NCBI GenBank assembly: GCA_045646905.1
Contig: JAZRLP010000022.1
Span: 37,627 to 101,626 of the forward strand
DNA: 64,000 nt
Origin: Muribaculaceae bacterium
GTDB lineage: Bacteria > Bacteroidota > Bacteroidia > Bacteroidales > Muribaculaceae
Direction of reading: 5' to 3'
Position numbers and translations under genes: made by a program
In this document: positions 51,531 to 59,587 of the stretch, one piece after another
Numbering within the stretch: position 1 is the first letter of the stretch
Layout of the letters: each line of letters begins with the position of its first letter
Notes under the pieces: generated by a model
Databases searched by the model: none
Seen by the model: the letters and a program-made list of their open reading frames with translations, nothing else
What the model was told of the DNA's origin: nothing

Positions 51531-53024
51531 TTAATCACCTTTTTTCCTAAAACGATGAAGGAAATAGTCAAATGCATCTTTTTGTATTTGAGAATGTAAA
51601 ATGTGGTTAATTAATAGATATATGGCGAGACCTGTAATGGCTTGCGCAATAAGCAACACAATCACATTATCAATCGCAAATGATAACAAATGCATTGGCA
51701 CCATTATTATGATTACTTGAATCAAGTAGGGGAGTAAATCGGTAATAAATGCCCATCTTGAGCGAGTGGTGAGTGGTGCAGTGACGCATATGGTTGCCAC
51801 CCAACATATAGCCGATGCGATGACTTGTCCCCAAAGTAATATTTTTACACCATACACGGGGTCGTCGGGTAGCGAGATTGCCACAAATGGGATTGTTGCA
51901 AAAAGTGCTATCAAAGCAACGCTATCGCGAACGATTTCCATATACACAACAAGTCGGGCTTTGCCGAGCGAAACGATGTAATTGTTGTAAAGAGAGTTCA
52001 ATACTGTGAATATCCCTCTCACTAATAGTAGTTGGAATAGGATAATTGATGGATCCCATTTTGTTCCAAAAAGTAGGTGGAAAATGGGCGTTGCCATCAC
52101 GATGAGAAATCCTATGGCTGGGAAAAGTAGATAACCTGTGAAACGGTTCATCTTGGTGGTTGTGCGAGTGAAACGCGTGGCATCATCTTGCACATGTGAC
52201 AGCACTGGTAAGAATGATGAGGTGAGAATTTGAGAAATCGACATAATTCCCATTTTACTCCATTTGTCCGACTGAGTGTAATAGCCAAGGCTCACCAATC
52301 CCACTCGGTTGCCTATAAAGAATGAATATATGTTTTGAAATAGGGTGTTAAGAAATGATGTTACCATCATCCCCGAACCAACATTAAAAAACGACTTTAA
52401 AGCTTTCCATGAGAATGCTAACGATGGCAACCACTTACTTGTGAACCATAGGATTGAAGATTTGGTGGCCGATAATACGATAGTTTGCCACACCATTGCC
52501 CATGCTCCATAGCCCGTCAGTGCAAGAGTTATGCCCACAGCACCACTAATGATGAGCCCAATAGAATTGGATATCGCAATCATTTTCACATCCATCTTCT
52601 TCATCAATCGGTTGGTTTGAACGATGGCCGATGCGTTGAGGATAAATGAAAGGAACATTACTCGTGAAAGGGGAATGATGCGAGGGTCGTTTTGGAAACA
52701 CCATGCAATTAATGGCGCGCAAAACCATAGTATTACATATATGATACTTGCGATTCCTATGTTAAACCACAATACGGTACTATAATCGAGTTGGGTAGGA
52801 TTTTTGCGTTGAATAAGAGCATAAGAAAAACCGCTATCGATAAATAGCGCTGCAAACGCTTGGAAAACGAGTGTTGCTCCTACGAGCCCAAAGTCTTCTT
52901 GCGACAACACACGAGCAAGCACAATGCCGGTAACTGCATATAGCACTTGCGATAAAACGCGATCAATCACATTCCATTTGATGGTGCGTGCAGTGCGAAG
53001 TTTCAAGTCGGCAGTGTCGCTCAT
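51531..53024 (-). CDS. polysaccharide flippase (MOP/Wzx family)
   Basis: 497 aa with about 12-14 TM segments and a typical Wzx-like N-terminus (KWNVIDRVLSQVLYAVTGIVLARVL). Confidence 0.78.
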   Translation of the reverse strand: MSDTADLKLRTARTIKWNVIDRVLSQVLYAVTGIVLARVLSQEDFGLVGATLVFQAFAALFIDSGFSYALIQRKNPTQLDYSTVLWFNIGIASIIYVILWFCAPLIAWCFQNDPRIIPLSRVMFLSFILNASAIVQTNRLMKKMDVKMIAISNSIGLIISGAVGITLALTGYGAWAMVWQTIVLSATKSSILWFTSKWLPSLAFSWKALKSFFNVGSGMMVTSFLNTLFQNIYSFFIGNRVGLVSLGYYTQSDKWSKMGIMSISQILTSSFLPVLSHVQDDATRFTRTTTKMNRFTGYLLFPAIGFLIVMATPIFHLLFGTKWDPSIILFQLLLVRGIFTVLNSLYNNYIVSLGKARLVVYMEIVRDSVALIALFATIPFVAISLPDDPVYGVKILLWGQVIASAICWVATICVTAPLTTRSRWAFITDLLPYLIQVIIIMVPMHLLSFAIDNVIVLLIAQAITGLAIYLLINHILHSQIQKDAFDYFLHRFRKKGD

Positions 53025-53066
53025 TTGTTGAGAGTAAGAATAATAATGTGGGTTTGCTAAAAATGA

Positions 53067-53777
53067 TTATTCTTCGTTGTCGAGTGGAATTAACTTCACT
53101 CCCACCGAGCGTTTTTTAATCTCTTCGGGATTTCCTTTGTAATAAACTTTACCCGATGATGCTCCTACGATATTGAGCGATTTATGAGCTTGGCAACCGA
53201 TAGTCCCGGTTCCGAGCATAACGCATTTAGTGTCGTTTGATACTAATTCATCAGCTTGAATAGTTCCTGTACCAGTGCAACTTAACTTTGACGATTCACA
53301 TTTTCCATTGAGAATTAATTGTCCGTTGCCAGTGTCAATTGACCCATCGATATGTGTTACATCAAGGTTTTTTACAATGAGACGCCCATTCCCAATGAGG
53401 CGAGCCTTGAAGTTGGGGCAAGAAGATACACTCAACACTCTCACCGTTGAGTCACCATTGTTTTCAGCCTTGGTGAGAAATTTAGAATAAACAGTAACAG
53501 TAGGGAGATTTTCATATTTGACATTTTTAGAAGCAACTTGTATTTCTAATCGTCCCTTTGTGTTGTTAAACATTAATGCCGATGCCAATTCGTCGGTAGC
53601 TATAAAAACAGCACGCCCCACCGAGTCGAGGTTGCACACATAATTCACATTTACACCGTCAAAAACTTTTAATTCGGTGAAATCTTTCACATCAAGTTCA
53701 TAACGAGATAATGGTTGAGCTATAGCGAAACTTGCTGTTATAGCGAGGAGTATAATTGCTAAAAAAGTTTTTTTCAT
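53067..53777 (-). CDS. head GIN domain (DUF2807) protein
   Basis: 236 aa with a signal peptide. Has repeated beta-helix-like G.G.I segments (GNGRLIV, GNGQLIL, GTGTIQA, GTGTIGC). Confidence 0.62.
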   Translation of the reverse strand: MKKTFLAIILLAITASFAIAQPLSRYELDVKDFTELKVFDGVNVNYVCNLDSVGRAVFIATDELASALMFNNTKGRLEIQVASKNVKYENLPTVTVYSKFLTKAENNGDSTVRVLSVSSCPNFKARLIGNGRLIVKNLDVTHIDGSIDTGNGQLILNGKCESSKLSCTGTGTIQADELVSNDTKCVMLGTGTIGCQAHKSLNIVGASSGKVYYKGNPEEIKKRSVGVKLIPLDNEE

Positions 53778-53801
53778 GATTTTTGAGATGTTTTTTTGAT
53801 A

Positions 53802-54596
53802 TTATTTTTGTTTAATTGTAATAGTTCCAGTGTTGTTGACATTAATGTTTAGGGCTGTTTTGTGTGATAGATTAGTCGCATCAATGTTGCCACTATTGTT
53901 GGTGGTAAGTGTCGCTTCATTAACTTTGCCCGATAATACAAAATTACCCGAACCATTTGTTACAAACGAAGCCTTGCGAATGAGTAAGTCATTAAGAATC
54001 ATATCACTATTCCCATTTGACACAAATGAGCCATTAAAAGCTTTCAATGTTTTTAGTTTTATCTCACCATTACCATTGTTGGTAGTCAATAATCGGCGTG
54101 CTTCTACATTACGAGCCAATATTTGACCACTGCCATTGTTGACAATACTCAAGAAATGGGCTTGTAGATTATCGATTTTGATGGCTCCTTGAGCATTTTG
54201 TATGATGTGAAGGCGTTTTAATCGAGGCACCTCTTTTACAAGAATATTCCCAGTGCCATTCATGATTAATGCTTTCAATGAATCATTGCAAAATACCACA
54301 ATGCGTGATGCTACTTTATCGTTGTCGTTGTTTCCTTCAATAATTAATCGATTGCTGTCGTTGCGACACACAATGCGTTTGTCGGTTTTTTCTGATGTGT
54401 TGTAGGCAACATAACGATGAAGTTCGGGCTTAAAACGACATTCAACGGTGACATCGCCATTCACCAATATTTCATCAAAACTTTGTGCAGCAACTAATAC
54501 CACACGATTTTCTACATCTATTTTTTGTTGTGCAAATGTGGCAACAATGCACATAGCCATAATAAAGAAAAATGAAAAGAAGCGTTTCATAATCAT
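53802..54596 (-). CDS. head GIN domain (DUF2807) protein, paralog
   Basis: 264 aa with a signal peptide. Has repeated NG.G.I segments (NGTGNIL, NGSGQIL, NGNGEIK, NGSGNFV, NSGNID). The start overlaps the dusB stop (ATGA). Confidence 0.62.
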   Translation of the reverse strand: MIMKRFFSFFFIMAMCIVATFAQQKIDVENRVVLVAAQSFDEILVNGDVTVECRFKPELHRYVAYNTSEKTDKRIVCRNDSNRLIIEGNNDNDKVASRIVVFCNDSLKALIMNGTGNILVKEVPRLKRLHIIQNAQGAIKIDNLQAHFLSIVNNGSGQILARNVEARRLLTTNNGNGEIKLKTLKAFNGSFVSNGNSDMILNDLLIRKASFVTNGSGNFVLSGKVNEATLTTNNSGNIDATNLSHKTALNINVNNTGTITIKQK

Positions 54597-55606
54597 TCAG
54601 TTTTAGAGGAGAGTGGTTGTATGTTAGGAATGATTTCAGTTTCAATGCGATGTAGTATTGCATCAAGTTCGGCAAAATTATCGGCACGAAGCATCGCAAT
54701 GCGAGTGTCGCGGAAAAATGGGATGCCCTTGAATAGGGGAGAAGCTGCCAAGTGACGGCGTATGTGGAGAATGCCACGATATTCATCAATGCGGTCGATG
54801 CTTTCGGTAATTTGACGGCGTAGAATTTTAAATTTTTCGGCAAGAGGGAGTTCTTCGCCACGCTCGCCAGTTAAAAGCATCTGCTTCATATCGTGGAAAA
54901 TCCATGGAGCTCCTATCGATGCACGGCCTACCATCACACCATCAACACCATATCGGTCAAAAGCTTCAACTACTTGCTCGGGAGTTGTTATGTCGCCGTT
55001 GCCAATTAGAGGAATTGTCAATCGGGGATTCTCTTTTACTCGGGCTATCATTTCCCAATCGGCATTACCGGTGTACATTTGAGAGCGAGTACGCCCATGC
55101 ACAGTCAATGCTTTGATGCCGCAATCTTGAAGTTGTTCGGCGAGTTCTACAATGATTTTGCTATTGTGGTCCCAACCTAATCGCGTTTTCACTGTAACTG
55201 GAATTTTTACAGCATTAACAACTGCACGAGTTATTTCAAGCATTTTGGGGATATCTCGTAACATACCTGCCCCAGCGCCTTTGCCAGCCACTTTTTTCAC
55301 AGGACACCCAAAGTTAATGTCAAGAATGTCGGGGTTGGCTGCCTCTACAATTTTTGCAGCTTCAACCATTGGCTCTACCTCACGGCCATAAATTTGAATC
55401 GCAGTGGGGCGTTCGCCAGGGTCAATTGATAGTTTGCGAGTGGTGGAATTTATGTTGCGTATAAGAGCATCGGCCGAAACAAATTCGGTATATACCATAT
55501 CGGCCCCTTGTTCCTTACATATTAAACGGAACGAAAGGTCGGTAACATCCTCCATAGGAGCCAACATCACCGGACGATTACCAAGGTCTATATCTCCAAT
55601 TTTCAT
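54593..55606 (-). CDS. dusB: tRNA-dihydrouridine synthase B
   Basis: Has LAPMEDVTD, DINFGCP, LTVHGRTR and NGDI motifs. Confidence 0.9.
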   Translation of the reverse strand: MKIGDIDLGNRPVMLAPMEDVTDLSFRLICKEQGADMVYTEFVSADALIRNINSTTRKLSIDPGERPTAIQIYGREVEPMVEAAKIVEAANPDILDINFGCPVKKVAGKGAGAGMLRDIPKMLEITRAVVNAVKIPVTVKTRLGWDHNSKIIVELAEQLQDCGIKALTVHGRTRSQMYTGNADWEMIARVKENPRLTIPLIGNGDITTPEQVVEAFDRYGVDGVMVGRASIGAPWIFHDMKQMLLTGERGEELPLAEKFKILRRQITESIDRIDEYRGILHIRRHLAASPLFKGIPFFRDTRIAMLRADNFAELDAILHRIETEIIPNIQPLSSKTE

Positions 55607-55740
55607 ATAGTATCACTAATATAACCACGAAGATACTAAAATTATGGCGATTTCACGAAATTTTAAGCAATTATCACATTTTATGTTGGAAAAATGTGAG
55701 TGTTTGCACAAAAGTCGTTGGAAAAATGAGATTGAAAAGA

Positions 55741-55780
55741 TACAAAAGATGCTGTGTCAGAGAATTTCGACACAGCATCT
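55741..55780 (-). terminator. rho-independent terminator after the T9SS cargo gene
   Basis: 12-bp stem AGATGCTGTGTC/GACACAGCATCT. The minus strand continues TTTTGTATCTTTT. Confidence 0.8.
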
Positions 55781-55802
55781 TCCTTATAAATATCTGATAG
55801 TA

Positions 55803-57083
55803 TTATTTTATAATGACTTTGCGAGTTGTGCCATCGCTATATTTTACGATATTTACACCAGTGGTTGGTTGGCTCAATTTGCGACCATAAATATCGTAGC
55901 GAGCAACTTCGGGGGTGTTGTCGTTGTTTTCAGTTTTAATGCCTTCTACACCAAGTGTGCCATCATATTTATAAAAGCAAATGCCATAAGCTTCTATATC
56001 TTCTACTACATACTCAACTTTAGGAGTGCCAGTTGCATTTACGCGTTTGATCCCCGATTTATATCCACTACCATCTTCGGCAATATAAGCCCAATATATA
56101 TACTCGCCATCACTTGTGAATTGACGCACAAAAGCCCCATCTGTAACAGTCGTAGATTCTGACGCCGCTTGTGATTCGTCAATTCGTTCCCAAGCACGGA
56201 GATAGTTATTGCTGTTTATAGCACTAATAGGCAGACGAAACACTCCACAATTTGTTATATCATTATAACCATCTGTAATATTGTAAATATAAATATACCC
56301 GTTTTTTTCATCAAGGAACATTGCCGATGGTTGAATTCCTTGTGCAATAATAGGATATGGTCTATCTGCATTTGTTGCATCTTGGATTTTTTCATATATA
56401 TCTGATTTTTTATATCGATAAATGCCTTCTCCGTTAAAACCCAATGCATGCCAATAAACCCCTTCTGAATCGCGTTGCAATCCGGCGTTCATTGCTCCCC
56501 AAGCAAAACCTTTGTTATAATATGGTAAAAATTGACCCCTAACAAAATAAGGCACATCGAAAGATGCCTGACATGGCGCATCATATTCCTCTTTTGCAGG
56601 AAAAACTTTCACACCAGCATAAAAATTGTCGCCTGCATTAGTAATAGTTCGAGTTGCATAATAGATACTATCATTATCAATCATAATATAATATGGGTCA
56701 AACCCCGCATGATAAACATTGCCATCGTCTTGATATTTATTGTTTACGATTGTTGTTTTAGTAAAACTATTATCACTTCGCTTATTGACTACGAATAATT
56801 CACCATCACCAAGACTGTTATTTTCATCTTTAATATAAAGAAATTGCTCACCGGCATCAACACCATATATCGCGCCATGCCATGATGCTAATTGAAAAGT
56901 ATGTGCTCCTGCTGATATTTGAGTATCAACAACTTTTTTCCCATCAAAGTAACAAATATTGCCATTTTTCTTCGCAAAATAAAGACCATCGGGCATAGGA
57001 ACAATATTTCCTTGTGCTACTGATGCAAAACTTAATTGCAACCCTATTGCAATAAGCATCAATTTAAGTAAATTCTTTTTCAT
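55803..57083 (-). CDS. secreted beta-propeller-like protein with T9SS C-terminal sorting domain
   Basis: 426 aa with a signal peptide. It is Tyr/Gly/Asp-rich and repetitive (IYYA, IYIY, YIYWAY). The C-terminus is VARYDIYGRKLSQPTTGVNIVKYSDGTTRKVIIK. Confidence 0.65.
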   Translation of the reverse strand: MKKNLLKLMLIAIGLQLSFASVAQGNIVPMPDGLYFAKKNGNICYFDGKKVVDTQISAGAHTFQLASWHGAIYGVDAGEQFLYIKDENNSLGDGELFVVNKRSDNSFTKTTIVNNKYQDDGNVYHAGFDPYYIMIDNDSIYYATRTITNAGDNFYAGVKVFPAKEEYDAPCQASFDVPYFVRGQFLPYYNKGFAWGAMNAGLQRDSEGVYWHALGFNGEGIYRYKKSDIYEKIQDATNADRPYPIIAQGIQPSAMFLDEKNGYIYIYNITDGYNDITNCGVFRLPISAINSNNYLRAWERIDESQAASESTTVTDGAFVRQFTSDGEYIYWAYIAEDGSGYKSGIKRVNATGTPKVEYVVEDIEAYGICFYKYDGTLGVEGIKTENNDNTPEVARYDIYGRKLSQPTTGVNIVKYSDGTTRKVIIK

Positions 57084-57192
57084 AATGATATGGTTTTGCT
57101 ATTATTGTTATTTCAAATTTAAGAGTAATAATTCGAGATTTAATAAAATGTAACGATAAATATTGAGGTTTTTGACAAAAATTAAAACTCAT

Positions 57193-57201
57193 GGGGGGGG
57201 G
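57193..57201. repeat. G9 homopolymer (C9 on the transcribed strand) in the leader of the T9SS cargo gene
   Basis: Read directly from the sequence. It is the longest G/C homopolymer I saw in the window. Confidence 0.95.
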
Positions 57202-57275
57202 TAAATTTATTAACATAATAATACTTTTTAACAGATGTTTTAATGATTAAAATTGAAGAATTTTAGCTTACACTG

Positions 57276-57283
57276 CAAATCTA
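57276..57283 (-). promoter_or_regulatory. -7 promoter box TAGATTTG (minus strand) upstream of the T9SS cargo gene
   Basis: Reverse complement of CAAATCTA, about 190 nt upstream of ATG 57083. Confidence 0.4.
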
Positions 57284-57315
57284 TAGTTTATTCATGAAAA
57301 ACATTCCATTTTTTA

Positions 57316-57337
57316 GTTCCCAATTAGTTCCCAATTT
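57316..57337. repeat. 22-nt motif GTTCCCAATTAGTTCCCAATTT (tandem 11-mer), copy 1
   Basis: Exact copy of 59448..59469 in the same orientation. Confidence 0.95.
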
Positions 57338-57368
57338 TAGGGTAATATTGTAAGTGCTTGAATATGAG

Positions 57369-59075
57369 TTAAAGAGAGGTGATAAATTTATCCCAGTCAG
57401 AGGCTGTTCCGACGGTATTGAATGCTTTTACAAATAGTCTTTTTCGAGCATTTCCCAATCCACTCTTGCTTAAATTGACCAATTTTGCAATTTCAGTTGG
57501 TGAAAATTTGCATTTTAAGAGTAGGCACACATGATATTCGATGTCGCTTAATTTTGCTAATTTATATAGCACACTTTTGAAGCCTGGAAATTGTAGGTTA
57601 ATGTAATTGTCGAGTTGTTTCCAATCCTCTTTTGTGGGATTAGTGTTTTCATCAAGTGCTTTACGGAATCGAGTTGCCACAACGGATGCTTCAATCGCAT
57701 TAGTCGCATCCTCGCGGAGTTTTGCTTGTTGGGTAAATAACAGCAAAGACTCCTTTTGTATCTCAAGTTCATTAATCAAACTTTGTGATTTATTAGTTTC
57801 ATTAGCCAAAAGGTTTTCAAGTTCGCTGATTCGGTTTTCGGCATTTGAAATGAGATTTTGAGTTTGATAATGCTCGTTAAGAATACGATTAATACGCTCT
57901 TTTTGAGCCTTATTTTTCATTCGTAAGGCATAAGTTATAGTTAACGCTACAACTACAATGATAAAAATAGAAACAATCAAAGAAATAATCTTAATTTCAT
58001 TTTCATGAGCGTCTTTTTTTAAATTATTATTCTCTCTTTCGCGAATTTGATAGTTGTATAATGAAGATAATTGACGTATTTCTTGGGGCGTTTGTAGTTT
58101 GCGGATAGTATCGGATAATTTAGTTGACATTATCATGGCATTATATGCGTCATCAATGTTTTTATTTTTAATATGCAAATTAGCCAAGATATTGTATCCC
58201 TCTAATTGGATGTTAAGATTTTTTGATTTAATAAGTTTATTGCAATAAAAAAGTGTAGAATCAATATTGTTAAGTTTGTAATAAAGTTGAGCAAAAGAAT
58301 TTGATATTGCGGTTGAATCTTCTTTGAAAGAAGAGGTTTTAATAGATTTTAGAATTTTATGCGCAGAGGTATAATTATTGTTTAATAAGTGTATATTGGC
58401 TAATTGAATGTTTGATGATAAAATTAATGATGAATTTGTTAATTCTTTGGCATTATTAAGCACAAAATTATGTAATATAAATGCACTATCAGTCCTATTT
58501 TGGAGAATATAGATGTTTGCTAAATTAAGAGTGTTATATAACGAGTTTGTGATATTATTGTTATTATTATTTAATTCAATAGCTTTTTTATAAGCAGGAA
58601 TTGCTAAATCATAAACTTTTTGGGAGTGATATATTCCTGCTATTTGGGCATATGCAACAGCCATTGTGTTAGAGGTGATATTGGGACAATCGATGGCTTT
58701 GTGGAAATATTCGAGGGCTTGGGGTGCATCGCCAAGGTCGGAATACACTCGTCCGCCATAATAGTAAGCAACTGGGAGTAGGTCGTTGAAATCGTGATTT
58801 TCAAAATAGTTGATAACCGAAAGTATAGCAGAGTCAGAAGTATGTGCTATATATGCTTTATCGTTGGTGCGAATTTTTAATAGATCGTAATAATATTTGT
58901 TATCGTGATCTGAAAGAGAGTCGCGATTGATTGCACTAATCAAGGCAACAGCACTATCGGCATTAACTTCAGCAATCGAGTCAATTTGTTGCAATTGCTC
59001 AAATTGCATACGCTCACTCTCCCCGCAGGCGGTGAGGAGTAGTAGGGTTAATATGAGAGTAAATAGATGCTTCAT
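57369..59075 (-). CDS. membrane-anchored TPR-repeat regulator with C-terminal LuxR/HTH-like domain (distant paralog of 44912..46483)
   Basis: 568 aa with a signal/lipobox-like N-terminus (LLLLTACGES), TPR-like repeats and a TM helix (IISLIVSIFIIVVVALTITYAL). Also has a coiled coil and a C-terminal SDIEYHVCLLLKCKFSPTEIAKLVNLSKSGLGNARKRL. Confidence 0.6.
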   Translation of the reverse strand: MKHLFTLILTLLLLTACGESERMQFEQLQQIDSIAEVNADSAVALISAINRDSLSDHDNKYYYDLLKIRTNDKAYIAHTSDSAILSVINYFENHDFNDLLPVAYYYGGRVYSDLGDAPQALEYFHKAIDCPNITSNTMAVAYAQIAGIYHSQKVYDLAIPAYKKAIELNNNNNNITNSLYNTLNLANIYILQNRTDSAFILHNFVLNNAKELTNSSLILSSNIQLANIHLLNNNYTSAHKILKSIKTSSFKEDSTAISNSFAQLYYKLNNIDSTLFYCNKLIKSKNLNIQLEGYNILANLHIKNKNIDDAYNAMIMSTKLSDTIRKLQTPQEIRQLSSLYNYQIRERENNNLKKDAHENEIKIISLIVSIFIIVVVALTITYALRMKNKAQKERINRILNEHYQTQNLISNAENRISELENLLANETNKSQSLINELEIQKESLLLFTQQAKLREDATNAIEASVVATRFRKALDENTNPTKEDWKQLDNYINLQFPGFKSVLYKLAKLSDIEYHVCLLLKCKFSPTEIAKLVNLSKSGLGNARKRLFVKAFNTVGTASDWDKFITSL

Positions 59076-59084
59076 GTTATATTG

Positions 59085-59240
59085 TTATTCAATCATTTCG
59101 TCGGGGAGGTAGTTGTGAGTAGCTACAGTGCCGATGATTTCGTCCCAACGCATGGGGGAGATGCCGCCAGGGCGTTTCACGGTGAGATTCTCTTCGGTAA
59201 AGATTTCTCCTGCCGAGATAATCACGCACATAATATCGAT
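59085..59240 (-). pseudogene. 3' remnant of a NeuB-family (nonulosonic acid synthase) gene
   Basis: The minus-strand frame gives ...CVIISAGEIFTEENLTVKRPGGISPMRWDEIIGTVATHNYLPDEMIE*. This aligns to the C-terminal SAF domain of 46526..47530 (ELFTEENLTVKRPGGGISPMKWDEVIGTTASRDFLPDETITL*). An in-frame TGA lies immediately upstream and no N-terminal part is present. Confidence 0.65.
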
Positions 59241-59326
59241 GCGTCACCGCCCCCGAAGTGGCAATGTCGGAACAGTGATAATATAAATAACTGGTAGCAG
59301 TCATGACTTTAGATAGTGGTCTTTTG

Positions 59327-59334
59327 CAAATTTA
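59327..59334 (-). promoter_or_regulatory. -7 promoter box TAAATTTG (minus strand) upstream of the neuB remnant and regulator gene
   Basis: Reverse complement of CAAATTTA. Confidence 0.4.
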
Positions 59335-59447
59335 ACGAATTAAATTTTAAGAATATCAAAAATGATATGATAAACTATGTTTTTTGAAGTAAATTGAAAT
59401 TTTACACTAAAATTATGCTCTATTTAATGAAATTGAACACAAAATGT

Positions 59448-59469
59448 GTTCCCAATTAGTTCCCAATTT
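59448..59469. repeat. 22-nt motif GTTCCCAATTAGTTCCCAATTT (tandem 11-mer), copy 2
   Basis: Exact copy of 57316..57337 in the same orientation. Confidence 0.95.
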
Positions 59470-59587
59470 GAAAAAGAGGAAAAAGGAATGGAATTTAGAT
59501 TTTGTATGGACAGGGCACGCCGTACCCCTACACTCATTTTTCGTTTCGATTATATGTGCCTATTTCGCGAAAATGCGACTTCACATA

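Noticed and set aside
55644-56162. 172-aa + strand ORF
   Set aside because: It starts in the dusB upstream region and crosses the strong terminator at 55741..55780. It then runs antisense to the well-supported T9SS cargo gene. It has a low-complexity Ile/Phe/Asn composition typical of shadow ORFs in AT-rich DNA.
57316-57337. Tandem 11-mer (and the 30-nt tandem repeat at 6443..6502) as possible CRISPR or minisatellite arrays
   Set aside because: There are only two adjacent units and no spacers. No cas genes are present anywhere in the window, and the 30-nt repeat is in-frame coding sequence.
59089-59304. 71-aa minus-strand ORF in the ORF track (and + ORFs 59067..59297, 59444..59626 and 59502..59708)
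   Set aside because: The NeuB-homologous reading frame in this region is a different frame and ends at 59085..59087. The called ORFs are Arg/His/Tyr-rich frame-shifted readings of the remnant or of non-coding leader DNA.
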